Below are positions 50,303-64,000 of a stretch of DNA of 64,000 nucleotides, in pieces. Each line of letters starts with the position of its first letter. The stretch's first letter is position 1. The notes below the pieces were generated by a model. That model saw nothing but the letters and a program-made list of their open reading frames with translations, was not told the DNA's origin and made no database searches. The position numbers and the translations under genes were made by a program. Origin of the DNA: Tetramitus jugosus (taxonomy: Eukaryota > Protista > Heterolobosea); NCBI GenBank assembly GCA_937625935.1, contig CALMHQ010000001.1:39802-103801 (forward strand), in the 5' to 3' direction.

Positions 50303-52780
50303 CTGACCTCATTTGTGAGTGGTTACCCACTGAATTTAAGCATATTAGTAAGTGGAGGAAAAGAAATCAAAAGAGATTCTCCTAGTAGCGGCGAGCGAAA
50401 AGAGAAAAGCCCATCCCTGAATCCGAACAATTGTTTGGAGTTGTAGGGTAAGAGTTGATCGCCTGGAGGCAAATAGAAGTAAAGTCTGTGTTTGGAATTA
50501 CACGTCTCTTCGGAGGGCGAGACAGGGTGATAGCCCCGTCAGCTTCTATAAGCTTTCGATCGGTGATCTTCTCATGAGTAGGATTCTTTGAAAGTAGAAT
50601 CTGAATACGGGAGATGAACTTCTTCCAAGGCTAAATATTAATACAAGACACCGATAGCAAACAAGTACCGAGAGGGAAAGTTGAAAAGATTCCTGGTAAG
50701 GAGCTGAAAAATGTCTGAAATCGCTGAGCAAAAAGCGGAACCAACAAGTTCTAGGACTGTAGTCTTGTACAATCTGGATTTATCCTGATGTACTCAAGGA
50801 TTACTCAACCAACGCCATGTCTTCTGGGCACGGTAAAAAAGCAGGTTCTTCGGTCTGAAGACTGCTGGAAATCACCTATGAAGCTGAAGTCAGACACCTT
50901 ATCTAAGATAGGGTAGACGGCTAAGGCCAGTGGGTGCTTCTCAGTAGTTCGAAAGCAATGGCCCCTGCAATCGTTGGTAAAGGACATTGGATCCGGCCCG
51001 TCTTGAAACACGGACCAAGGAGTTTGACATAATAGCGAGCAGTGGTGATTTGAAATCATGTATGCGTAATGAATGTGAAATGTATTAGCTTCGGCGACGT
51101 ACAGGCCAATCCAGTAGACTTCGGTCGTGGAATTGCGTTCTAGTTATTATGTTAAGACCCGAAAGATGGTGATCTATACTTGAACAGATTGAAGCCAGGG
51201 TAACCTCTGGTGGAGGATCTTGTAACGATGTTGACGTGCAAATCGCTCGTCGCACTTGAGTATTGGAGCGAAAGACTCATCGAACCATCAGGTAGCTGGT
51301 TCCTTCCGAAATTTCCCTCAGGATAGCTAGAATCGGAATAACTTTGTGAGGTAAAGCTAATGATTAGAGGCCTTGGGGTTGGAAAGCCTTAACCTATTCT
51401 CAAACTTTAAATATGCAAAAAGTATTGGTTACTTAATCGAACCATGTCAATAGTATTGATTCTTAGTGGGCCGTGTTATGGTAAGCAGAACAGGCAATGT
51501 GGGTTAAACCGTGAGCAAGTGAGAAATGTGTCTAAATCTAAGCTTAGTCGAAACCATAAAAGGCGTTGGTTCATTTTGACAGCAGGACGGTGGCCATGGA
51601 AGCTGGAATCCGCTAAGGAGTGCGTAACAGCTCACCTGCCGAATGGAGCAGCCCTGAAAATGGATGACGCCAAAGCGTTGATACTTCTCTCATGCAGTTA
51701 TCACTATTTTGTATGTGATGACTTGTAGGAAGGCGTGACGGTTGCGTAGAAGCTTATTTAGTGATAATGAGTGGAGCGGCCGTTAGTGCAGATCTTGGTA
51801 GTAGTAGCAACTATTCTGGAGAGACTCTGTGTCTTTATCTAGCAGGTGGTCCAACGTCAATGTTGGATAAAGAGCTTAAATCTTGAAGGTCGTAGTGGAG
51901 AAGGTTTCCTTGTCAATGGAAATCAGACAAGGGTTAGTCGGTCCTAACTGTCTGGGTAACTCCTATTAGTAGCTTTCGAGCGGCTATGATGGGCAGGAAA
52001 GGGAATCAGGCTAAAATTCCTGAACTGTGGTTAGAAGAGTGCTGGTGTTCGCATCAGCATGAAGCTGCAAAGCCTCGTTCAGTTGGCGTAGCGTCTCGGT
52101 GGCTGTGGAAGAGTCCGCTTTTCTCCCTAACAGCGATTGGCCTCACGGCACTAACCTTGGTTGGTGTTGGAGGTTTATTATCTCCCATGAATTGTGTAGA
52201 ACAGAGATTGGGAAATATTAGAGCTGAAAAGGCAGGCACTATTATTGTGGCTGTACAGTTCTCCGAAGCGTAAATAGAATGCCAATTGAATGTTATCATC
52301 TGACTCTTCTAACTGTAACCGTACCAGAATCCGCAACAGGTCTCCAAGGTTAAAAGCCTCTGACCAATTAGAACAATGTAAGTAAGGGAAGTCGGCAAAA
52401 TGGATTTGTACTTTTGAAATAAAGGTTGGCTCTTGTGATAGGGTGCTTCGGGTGGCGCAAGAAGGGTATCACGCACGGTTAACCCCGTGTGAGTGGTGTG
52501 CAGAAATTGCGGATTGATGAGTAGGTTCGCCGAAAGTTAAGAAGCTTTACACTGTGCATCCGGTACTTGGGCGGCGTCAAGCAGTGTGTTACGGGAGAAC
52601 CTGTGACACACCGGCGGAGTACAATAAACTATTGTTCGAGAACTGACAGATCCCAGGAGAATTCGACTGTTTAATTAAAACAAAGCAAACAGATAACAGT
52701 TCAAAACGGATTGTGGCTGTTTGTGACTTCTGCCCAGTGCTCTGGATGTCAAAGTGAAGAGATTCGATCAAGCACGGGTT

Positions 52781-52830
<50 letters not shown>

Positions 52831-53443
52831 TTAATTTGTGACGTGCATGAATGGAACAACGAAATTCTTACTGTCCCTATTTACGGTCTAGCGAACCTAC
52901 AGCCAAGGGAACGGGCTTGGGTTAGTCAGCGGGGAAAGAAGACCCTGTTGAGTTTGACTCTAGTTTGGTTTTGTGGAATACCGAAAGAGATGTAGTATAG
53001 GTGGGAGAGCTTGCTCAACAATGAAATACCACTGCTTTTTACTGGTATCTCACTCACTATATTAAAGAGCGAAGTATTCTATGGGTTTACCCATGGAAGA
53101 CTCTTCTAGTATAGAAGCGCGTGGCTTCGGTCATGCGTAAGCTTATGATTGATATGGGACATAACCAAGTGGGGAGTTTGGCTGGGGCGGCACATCTGTT
53201 AAAAGCTAACGCAGGTGTACAAAGGTTGGCACAGATAGGTCAGAAACCTATCGTAGCGAACAAGGTCAATAGCCAGCTTGACAAATACTTTCAGTACAAG
53301 TATTAGCCGTGAAAGCGTGTCCTAGCGATCCTTTAGCGAACATCACGTTTACGTGTAGTGCTTCAAAGTTCGAAGCTAGAGGTGTCAGAAAAATTACCAT
53401 AGGGATAACTGGCTTGTGGCAGCCAAGCGTTCATAGCGACGTT

Positions 53444-53488
<45 letters not shown>

Positions 53489-53523
53489 GAATTCTCAAAG
53501 TGTTGGATTGTTCACCCACTAAC

Positions 53524-53578
<55 letters not shown>

Positions 53579-54043
53579 ACTTATTTTTGACGCGAAAGCG
53601 TCTGGTCCAGCGTGGCGGTAATAGGTTTTAGTACGAGAGGAACCACCTTATGATGCCTCTGGCTCACCTTTTATCGGCAACGATCGTGAAGAGTGTCTAC
53701 GCATCTTGACCAACGCCTGAACGCCTCTAAGGCGGAAGTCATTCCGGATCGCTGGATTATTGGTGTTGGACTTTATTTATACAAGTCAAAGCCTAGCTTA
53801 ATCACTGTGGCCAATTTTAACCACTTCCTAACCGGGTGGGGTACGTGCATTCCTATGAGTGTGCTTACTTCGTTCGAGGGTTGTGGTCAGAAGCCAGTTC
53901 GAATGCAAACAAGTGGTAGCAGTTACTCTTCTGGAAGACCACCAGGGAAGAAGATCGCAATCTTGCGGTATTTGGGCAAAGTGCAGGTGTACGATCATAA
54001 GGTGATTCAATCGCCGAATGACTGAGCCGAGCACGACTTGCCA
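50303..54043 (+). rRNA. 28S (LSU) rRNA, copy 3
   Basis: Direct copy of copy 1 at offset 42948. Confidence 0.96.
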
Positions 54044-54318
54044 AGGAGGATAAGGTGATCCTTTGATCACGTTTTCGTGAAACAGAGGAAGGCCCGTAAA
54101 GGGAGAGAGGGGGATCCCAAGACCCGAAGAGGGAGAGGGAGGCCCAAGCCCAGAATGGATGGGGCAATCTAACTCTGACATGAGGCCCAAGGCCTTTCTG
54201 GCTCATCTTCTGCTTTCCTTGTCGCCTTGTTGGTTTGGATAGAAAGTGTTCCACTTGGTTGGGCCATTATTTTTAAAAGTTTATATAAATTTTTCTTATT
54301 ATTATTTTTTTTCAAATT

Positions 54319-57300
54319 GTGTCTTTTATCTTTTCTGCTTGCGCTGCTTGTTTATCTAATAGAGTTGTATGTTGTGCGTTTCATTTAGTTGGCCTGTGTA
54401 TGCTTCCTCTTGCCCTTGTTCTTAGACAAGCCATTAAGTAAGCCTCAGTCGAAGTCAGATGGACAATGCTTCATCACCTTGGTACACTTATCGCTAGTGA
54501 TCAGAGCAATTTCTGAGCAAGTGTCATAGAGCTGTCCTGCTTGCGCTGCTTGTTTATTCAATAGTGTTGTATGTTGTGCGTTTGATTAGATTGGTTCAGG
54601 CATGGCTTTTGTGCCACAAGTCATGTTGCTTTTAGGCAGACCTACAAAGGCGCGAGACTAGAGTAGGAGTGCCGTAGCGCCAAGCTGCTTGTGTTGTGTC
54701 TTTATTCAATAGTGTTGATATTATGCATTGGATCAGATTGGCGCAGGTATGACTTTTGTGCCACAATTGATGTTGGTCTTGGGCACACCTCCAAGGCAGA
54801 CAGTGTACCATTTTGTGTCGTAGAGCCGAACTGCTTGCGATGCTTGTTTATTTAATAATGTTGTATGTTGTTAGTTTGATTAGATTGGCGCACATATGCT
54901 CCAGTGGTCTGACTTTGCGCCAGTCGCGGCCCTAAAGTTACCAGTGTCTTTTATCTTTTCTGCTTGCGCTGCTTGTTTATCTAATAGAGTTGTATGTTGT
55001 GCGTTTCATTTAGTTGGCCTGTGTATGCTTCCTCTTGCCCTTGTTCTTAGACAAGCCATTAAGTAAGCCTCAGTCGAAGTCAGATGGACAATGCTTCATC
55101 ACCTTGGTACACTTATCGCTAGTGATCAGAGCAATTTCTGAGCAAGTGTCATAGAGCTGTCCTGCTTGCGCTGCTTGTTTATTCAATAGTGTTGTATGTT
55201 GTGCGTTTGATTAGATTGGTTCAGGCATGGCTTTTGTGCCACAAGTCATGTTGCTTTTAGGCAGACCTACAAAGGCGCGAGACTAGAGTAGGAGTGCCGT
55301 AGCGCCAAGCTGCTTGTGTTGTGTCTTTATTCAATAGTGTTGATATTATGCATTGGATCAGATTGGCGCAGGTATGACTTTTGTGCCACAATTGATGTTG
55401 GTCTTGGGCACACCTCCAAGGCAGACAGTGTACCATTTTGTGTCGTAGAGCCGAACTGCTTGCGATGCTTGTTTATTTAATAATGTTGTATGTTGTTAGT
55501 TTGATTAGATTGGCGCACATATGCTCCAGTGGTCTGACTTTGCGCCAGTCGCGGCCCTAAAGTTACCAGTGTCTTTTATCTTTTCTGCTTGCGCTGCTTG
55601 TTTATCTAATAGAGTTGTATGTTGTGCGTTTCATTTAGTTGGCCTGTGTATGCTTCCTCTTGCCCTTGTTCTTAGACAAGCCATTAAGTAAGCCTCAGTC
55701 GAAGTCAGATGGACAATGCTTCATCACCTTGGTACACTTATCGCTAGTGATCAGAGCAATTTCTGAGCAAGTGTCATAGAGCTGTCCTGCTTGCGCTGCT
55801 TGTTTATTCAATAGTGTTGTATGTTGTGCGTTTGATTAGATTGGTTCAGGCATGGCTTTTGTGCCACAAGTCATGTTGCTTTTAGGCAGACCTACAAAGG
55901 CGCGAGACTAGAGTAGGAGTGCCGTAGCGCCAAGCTGCTTGTGTTGTGTCTTTATTCAATAGTGTTGATATTATGCATTGGATCAGATTGGCGCAGGTAT
56001 GACTTTTGTGCCACAATTGATGTTGGTCTTGGGCACACCTCCAAGGCAGACAGTGTACCATTTTGTGTCGTAGAGCCGAACTGCTTGCGATGCTTGTTTA
56101 TTTAATAATGTTGTATGTTGTTAGTTTGATTAGATTGGCGCACATATGCTCCAGTGGTCTGACTTTGCGCCAGTCGCGGCCCTAAAGTTACCAGTGTCTT
56201 TTATCTTTTCTGCTTGCGCTGCTTGTTTATCTAATAGAGTTGTATGTTGTGCGTTTCATTTAGTTGGCCTGTGTATGCTTCCTCTTGCCCTTGTTCTTAG
56301 ACAAGCCATTAAGTAAGCCTCAGTCGAAGTCAGATGGACAATGCTTCATCACCTTGGTACACTTATCGCTAGTGATCAGAGCAATTTCTGAGCAAGTGTC
56401 ATAGAGCTGTCCTGCTTGCGCTGCTTGTTTATTCAATAGTGTTGTATGTTGTGCGTTTGATTAGATTGGTTCAGGCATGGCTTTTGTGCCACAAGTCATG
56501 TTGCTTTTAGGCAGACCTACAAAGGCGCGAGACTAGAGTAGGAGTGCCGTAGCGCCAAGCTGCTTGTGTTGTGTCTTTATTCAATAGTGTTGATATTATG
56601 CATTGGATCAGATTGGCGCAGGTATGACTTTTGTGCCACAATTGATGTTGGTCTTGGGCACACCTCCAAGGCAGACAGTGTACCATTTTGTGTCGTAGAG
56701 CCGAACTGCTTGCGATGCTTGTTTATTTAATAATGTTGTATGTTGTTAGTTTGATTAGATTGGCGCACATATGCTCCAGTGGTCTGACTTTGCGCCAGTC
56801 GCGGCCCTAAATGTTACCAGTGTCTTTTATCTTTTCTGCTTGCGCTGCTTGTTTATCTAATAGAGTTGTATGTTGTGCGTTTCATTTAGTTGGCCTGTGT
56901 ATGCTTCCTCTTGCCCTTGTTCTTAGACAAGCCATTAAGTAAGCCTCAGTCGAAGTCAGATGGACAATGCTTCATCACCTTGGTACACTTATCGCTAGTG
57001 ATCAGAGCAATTTCTGAGCAAGTGTCATAGAGCTGTCCTGCTTGCGCTGCTTGTTTATTCAATAGTGTTGTATGTTGTGCGTTTGATTAGATTGGTTCAG
57101 GCATGGCTTTTGTGCCACAAGTCATGTTGCTTTTAGGCAGACCTACAAAGGCGCGAGACTAGAGTAGGAGTGCCGTAGCGCCAAGCTGCTTGTGTTGTGT
57201 CTTTATTCAATAGTGTTGATATTATGCATTGGATCAGATTGGCGCAGGTATGACTTTTGTGCCACAATTGATGTTGGTCTTGGGCACACCTCCAAGGCAG

Positions 57301-58651
57301 ACAGTGTACCATTTTGTGTCGTAGAGCCGAACTGCTTGCGATGCTTGTTTATTTAATAATGTTGTATGTTGTTAGTTTGATTAGATTGGCGCACATATGC
57401 TCCAGTGGTCTGACTTTGCGCCAGTCGCGGCCCTAAAGTTACCAGTGTCTTTTATCTTTTCTGCTTGCGCTGCTTGTTTATCTAATAGAGTTGTATGTTG
57501 TGCGTTTCATTTAGTTGGCCTGTGTATGCTTCCTCTTGCCCTTGTTCTTAGACAAGCCATTAAGTAAGCCTCAGTCGAAGTCAGATGGACAATGCTTCAT
57601 CACCTTGGTACACTTATCGCTAGTGATCAGAGCAATTTCTGAGCAAGTGTCATAGAGCTGTCCTGCTTGCGCTGCTTGTTTATTCAATAGTGTTGTATGT
57701 TGTGCGTTTGATTAGATTGGTTCAGGCATGGCTTTTGTGCCACAAGTCATGTTGCTTTTAGGCAGACCTACAAAGGCGCGAGACTAGAGTAGGAGTGCCG
57801 TAGCGCCAAGCTGCTTGTGTTGTGTCTTTATTCAATAGTGTTGATATTATGCATTGGATCAGATTGGCGCAGGTATGACTTTTGTGCCACAATTGATGTT
57901 GGTCTTGGGCACACCTCCAAGGCAGACAGTGTACCATTTTGTGTCGTAGAGCCGAACTGCTTGCGATGCTTGTTTATTTAATAATGTTGTATGTTGTTAG
58001 TTTGATTAGATTGGCGCACATATGCTCCAGTGGTCTGACTTTGCGCCAGTCGCGGCCCTAAAGTTACCAGTGTCTTTTATCTTTTCTGCTTGCGCTGCTT
58101 GTTTATCTAATAGAGTTGTATGTTGTGCGTTTCATTTAGTTGGCCTGTGTATGCTTCCTCTTGCCCTTGTTCTTAGACAAGCCATTAAGTAAGCCTCAGT
58201 CGAAGTCAGATGGACAATGCTTCATCACCTTGGTACACTTATCGCTAGTGATCAGAGCAATTTCTGAGCAAGTGTCATAGAGCTGTCCTGCTTGCGCTGC
58301 TTGTTTATTCAATAGTGTTGTATGTTGTGCGTTTGATTAGATTGGTTCAGGCATGGCTTTTGTGCCACAAGTCATGTTGCTTTTAGGCAGACCTACAAAG
58401 GCGCGAGACTAGAGTAGGAGTGCCGTAGCGCCAAGCTGCTTGTGTTGTGTCTTTATTCAATAGTGTTGATATTATGCATTGGATCAGATTGGCGCAGGTA
58501 TGACTTTTGTGCCACAATTGATGTTGGTCTTGGGCACACCTCCAAGGCAGACAGTGTACCATTTTGTGTCGTAGAGCCGAACTGCTTGCGATGCTTGTTT
58601 ATTTAATAATGTTGTATGTTGTTAGTTTGATTAGATTGGCGCACATATGCT
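54319..58651 (+). repeat. 625-bp tandem array, ~6.9 copies
   Basis: Same unit; one copy has a single-base insertion near 56812. Confidence 0.97.
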
Positions 58652-60067
58652 CTCTCTTGTCATCGCCCCAAGAGTTTCGACGACAAATGTTCGGTTGTTG
58701 GGTGGGAAATCTCATGCCCTAGCTGTCTAAACAGTTTCCCTGTAAAACTAAGGTTATTAACTACCTATATTGTATGTATATACTTTCAATAGAATTCGGT
58801 ATCAATGCCTCTAATAAAACTCCGAACTCCGACACTTCTAAAGGAAGCATAACGGAGAAAAAGTGAGAGAATACATAACAATTAATATACAGATAAAATC
58901 ATGAGCGCGAGCAGAATGATCAATCAACACTATGAGGGACAGGGTCGCCCATGTTTAAAGCAGTCTGCCGGGTTCAATCCTGTTCCTCATAGTTGTGTAT
59001 CATCAATCTGCTCATGCTCGTGATTTGTCTATTATGTTACTTGTAATTTCTATTCTCACTTTTTCTTTATTGTGCTTTATCTTTGTTTGTCGGAGTTCGG
59101 AGTATTAATAGGGGCATGGTACAAACTTTTCATTGGAAATACATACATACAATATACATATTTGATAGCTGTAATTTTTCAGGGAAACTGTTTTGTCACT
59201 ATATTTATAGCGCGCCCTCTGTCATCGCCACCCCCGACCGACAACCATCGCACTCAAAATACTGGGCTTTGAATCTTTCATCGGCTCTCGCTCTGGATAG
59301 CTATCACAGTTGTGATGTTTGTGCTCAAGTGAATTGGTCGTACGAAACACTTTGTGCCACAATGGCTCTCAATTGGGTTGGGATTGGTTGGGTCACACTT
59401 TGGCTCTTATTGTTTCACATGAGCAATCTGCTCGAACACAAATGTCACAACTAAAATATATGCATGGAGCGAGAGCGAATTAATAATATACAACTATGAG
59501 GGCCATCGTTGAATTCATCAGAGCACGCTGGACACAACAATCCTGTCCCTCACAGTTGAATTTGATTACTCCACTATCGAACATGATTTCTTCTCTAGAT
59601 CTTATACGACTTCCATGTTTACTTTTTCTTCATTATGCTTCCTTTAGAAGTGTCGGAGTTCGGAGTATTAATAGGGGCATAGTCAAAGTTCTCCATTGAA
59701 ACTACATACATACAATATACATATTTGATAGCTTTAGTTTTTCAGGGAAACTGTTTTATTACTATATTTGTGGCACGTTTCTGTTGCCGACCACCACCCA
59801 ACCCTCCATCGCAACTTTTGTGCGCGAAATATTGAGTTTCAAAGTTTCAATCGGCTCTCGCTCTGTATATCTATTGCTGTTATAATGTTTGTGCTCGAGC
59901 AGATCCCATATATGAAACACTTTATGTCACAATGTGGCTCACCCAATCCTACTCCAGTCGAGAGCCATTGTGACATAAAGTGTTTCATATATTCAATTCA
60001 CTTGAGCACGAACCTCACAACTGTGATAGCTATGTAGAGCGAGAGCCGATTGATAATTCAAAACTCA

Positions 60068-60283
60068 ATATATTGGATGCAAAAGTTGTTGGTTGGGGGG
60101 GAGAGACACAACCATCTCGAAATGTTGCAAAATACGTTTTCAATTGGCTCGTGCTTACACATGATAATCACTATAGCTATGCAGAGCGCAAGTCAATTGA
60201 AACTATGAAACTCAATATTTCGAGTGCAAAAGTTGTTAGTCGAGAGGTGGAGAGTGATGTAGTTAAAAGTCGTCTCACTATAA
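60068..60283 (-). other. Tail-to-tail junction spacer, orientation B (reverse complement of 15244-15458)
   Basis: Reads ATATATTGGATGCAAAAGTTG...CGTCTCACTATAA on the + strand, i.e. inverted relative to the first junction. Confidence 0.93.
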
Positions 60284-61700
60284 TGAGTTTTGAATTATCA
60301 ATCGGCTCTCGCTCTACATAGCTATCACAGTTGTGAGGTTCGTGCTCAAGTGAATTGAATATATGAAACACTTTATGTCACAATGGCTCTCGACTGGAGT
60401 AGGATTGGGTGAGCCACATTGTGACATAAAGTGTTTCATATATGGGATCTGCTCGAGCACAAACATTATAACAGCAATAGATATACAGAGCGAGAGCCGA
60501 TTGAAACTTTGAAAACTCAATATTTCGCGCACAAAAGTTGCGATGGAGGGTTGGGTGGTGGTCGGCAACAGAAACGTGCCACAAATATAGTAATAAAACA
60601 GTTTCCCTGAAAAACTAAAGCTATCAAATATGTATATTGTATGTATGTAGTTTCAATGGAGAACTTTGACTATGCCCCTATTAATACTCCGAACTCCGAC
60701 ACTTCTAAAGGAAGCATAATGAAGAAAAAGTAAACATGGAAGTCGTATAAGATCTAGAGAAGAAATCATGTTCGATAGTGGAGTAATCAAATTCAACTGT
60801 GAGGGACAGGATTGTTGTGTCCAGCGTGCTCTGATGAATTCAACGATGGCCCTCATAGTTGTATATTATTAATTCGCTCTCGCTCCATGCATATATTTTA
60901 GTTGTGACATTTGTGTTCGAGCAGATTGCTCATGTGAAACAATAAGAGCCAAAGTGTGACCCAACCAATCCCAACCCAATTGAGAGCCATTGTGGCACAA
61001 AGTGTTTCGTACGACCAATTCACTTGAGCACAAACATCACAACTGTGATAGCTATCCAGAGCGAGAGCCGATGAAAGATTCAAAGCCCAGTATTTTGAGT
61101 GCGATGGTTGTCGGTCGGGGGTGGCGATGACAGAGGGCGCGCTATAAATATAGTGACAAAACAGTTTCCCTGAAAAATTACAGCTATCAAATATGTATAT
61201 TGTATGTATGTATTTCCAATGAAAAGTTTGTACCATGCCCCTATTAATACTCCGAACTCCGACAAACAAAGATAAAGCACAATAAAGAAAAAGTGAGAAT
61301 AGAAATTACAAGTAACATAATAGACAAATCACGAGCATGAGCAGATTGATGATACACAACTATGAGGAACAGGATTGAACCCGGCAGACTGCTTTAAACA
61401 TGGGCGACCCTGTCCCTCATAGTGTTGATTGATCATTCTGCTCGCGCTCATGATTTTATCTGTATATTAATTGTTATGTATTCTCTCACTTTTTCTCCGT
61501 TATGCTTCCTTTAGAAGTGTCGGAGTTCGGAGTTTTATTAGAGGCATTGATACCGAATTCTATTGAAAGTATATACATACAATATAGGTAGTTAATAACC
61601 TTAGTTTTACAGGGAAACTGTTTAGACAGCTAGGGCATGAGATTTCCCACCCAACAACCGAACATTTGTCGTCGAAACTCTTGGGGCGATGACAAGAGAG

Positions 61701-64000
61701 AGCATATGTGCGCCAATCTAATCAAACTAACAACATACAACATTATTAAATAAACAAGCATCGCAAGCAGTTCGGCTCTACGACACAAAATGGTACACTG
61801 TCTGCCTTGGAGGTGTGCCCAAGACCAACATCAATTGTGGCACAAAAGTCATACCTGCGCCAATCTGATCCAATGCATAATATCAACACTATTGAATAAA
61901 GACACAACACAAGCAGCTTGGCGCTACGGCACTCCTACTCTAGTCTCGCGCCTTTGTAGGTCTGCCTAAAAGCAACATGACTTGTGGCACAAAAGCCATG
62001 CCTGAACCAATCTAATCAAACGCACAACATACAACACTATTGAATAAACAAGCAGCGCAAGCAGGACAGCTCTATGACACTTGCTCAGAAATTGCTCTGA
62101 TCACTAGCGATAAGTGTACCAAGGTGATGAAGCATTGTCCATCTGACTTCGACTGAGGCTTACTTAATGGCTTGTCTAAGAACAAGGGCAAGAGGAAGCA
62201 TACACAGGCCAACTAAATGAAACGCACAACATACAACTCTATTAGATAAACAAGCAGCGCAAGCAGAAAAGATAAAAGACACTGGTAACTTTAGGGCCGC
62301 GACTGGCGCAAAGTCAGACCACTGGAGCATATGTGCGCCAATCTAATCAAACTAACAACATACAACATTATTAAATAAACAAGCATCGCAAGCAGTTCGG
62401 CTCTACGACACAAAATGGTACACTGTCTGCCTTGGAGGTGTGCCCAAGACCAACATCAATTGTGGCACAAAAGTCATACCTGCGCCAATCTGATCCAATG
62501 CATAATATCAACACTATTGAATAAAGACACAACACAAGCAGCTTGGCGCTACGGCACTCCTACTCTAGTCTCGCGCCTTTGTAGGTCTGCCTAAAAGCAA
62601 CATGACTTGTGGCACAAAAGCCATGCCTGAACCAATCTAATCAAACGCACAACATACAACACTATTGAATAAACAAGCAGCGCAAGCAGGACAGCTCTAT
62701 GACACTTGCTCAGAAATTGCTCTGATCACTAGCGATAAGTGTACCAAGGTGATGAAGCATTGTCCATCTGACTTCGACTGAGGCTTACTTAATGGCTTGT
62801 CTAAGAACAAGGGCAAGAGGAAGCATACACAGGCCAACTAAATGAAACGCACAACATACAACTCTATTAGATAAACAAGCAGCGCAAGCAGAAAAGATAA
62901 AAGACACTGGTAACTTTAGGGCCGCGACTGGCGCAAAGTCAGACCACTGGAGCATATGTGCGCCAATCTAATCAAACTAACAACATACAACATTATTAAA
63001 TAAACAAGCATCGCAAGCAGTTCGGCTCTACGACACAAAATGGTACACTGTCTGCCTTGGAGGTGTGCCCAAGACCAACATCAATTGTGGCACAAAAGTC
63101 ATACCTGCGCCAATCTGATCCAATGCATAATATCAACACTATTGAATAAAGACACAACACAAGCAGCTTGGCGCTACGGCACTCCTACTCTAGTCTCGCG
63201 CCTTTGTAGGTCTGCCTAAAAGCAACATGACTTGTGGCACAAAAGCCATGCCTGAACCAATCTAATCAAACGCACAACATACAACACTATTGAATAAACA
63301 AGCAGCGCAAGCAGGACAGCTCTATGACACTTGCTCAGAAATTGCTCTGATCACTAGCGATAAGTGTACCAAGGTGATGAAGCATTGTCCATCTGACTTC
63401 GACTGAGGCTTACTTAATGGCTTGTCTAAGAACAAGGGCAAGAGGAAGCATACACAGGCCAACTAAATGAAACGCACAACATACAACTCTATTAGATAAA
63501 CAAGCAGCGCAAGCAGAAAAGATAAAAGACACTGGTAACTTTAGGGCCGCGACTGGCGCAAAGTCAGACCACTGGAGCATATGTGCGCCAATCTAATCAA
63601 ACTAACAACATACAACATTATTAAATAAACAAGCATCGCAAGCAGTTCGGCTCTACGACACAAAATGGTACACTGTCTGCCTTGGAGGTGTGCCCAAGAC
63701 CAACATCAATTGTGGCACAAAAGTCATACCTGCGCCAATCTGATCCAATGCATAATATCAACACTATTGAATAAAGACACAACACAAGCAGCTTGGCGCT
63801 ACGGCACTCCTACTCTAGTCTCGCGCCTTTGTAGGTCTGCCTAAAAGCAACATGACTTGTGGCACAAAAGCCATGCCTGAACCAATCTAATCAAACGCAC
63901 AACATACAACACTATTGAATAAACAAGCAGCGCAAGCAGGACAGCTCTATGACACTTGCTCAGAAATTGCTCTGATCACTAGCGATAAGTGTACCAAGGT
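61701..64000 (-). repeat. 625-bp tandem array, >=3.7 copies (truncated by the window)
   Basis: Reverse complement of the same unit. Confidence 0.96.

Larger units (their letters stand above)
11528..64000. repeat. Giant inverted repeat (head-to-head palindrome) centred at ~37762, running to the window end
   Basis: Mirror pairs sum to 75524-75528 throughout (e.g. 32699/42825, 28067/47458, 16454/59072, 14248/61280). The non-palindromic spacer is 36560-38966. Confidence 0.97.

Noticed and set aside
42948-64000. Simple over-circularised second lap of a 43-45-kb circle
   Set aside because: The 625-bp array copy number (7 vs 4) and the inverted junction spacer match a mirror of arm 2, not a repeat of arm 1. 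A more complex assembly artefact is still possible.

Overview
Eukaryotic nuclear rDNA from a heterolobosean (vahlkampfiid-like, e.g. Tetramitus/Naegleria relatives; inferred from SSU signatures). I can support no protein-coding gene. The window holds three near-identical, intron-free SSU-ITS1-5.8S-ITS2-LSU units in alternating orientation (+ 4.7-11.1 kb, - 21.5-27.9 kb, + 47.7-54.0 kb). It is a concatemer of a ~22.4 kb monomer joined tail-to-tail at ~15351 and ~60176 and head-to-head at ~37762. All three symmetry centres are built from the same cassette: fold-back element, then a short spacer carrying a 146-bp unit (1 copy at the tail junctions, 14 copies at the head junction), then another fold-back element. 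The two tail junctions carry this spacer in opposite (flip/flop) orientation. The intergenic spacer also contains 625-bp tandem arrays of variable copy number (~4 vs ~7), nested palindromic elements, a dispersed ~130-bp module family, and a duplicated putative Pol I promoter. That second promoter precedes a ~2 kb non-rRNA region that ends in the same motif found after the LSU. The architecture suggests an extrachromosomal rDNA replicon that forms inverted multimers, but an assembly or read artefact has to be excluded.
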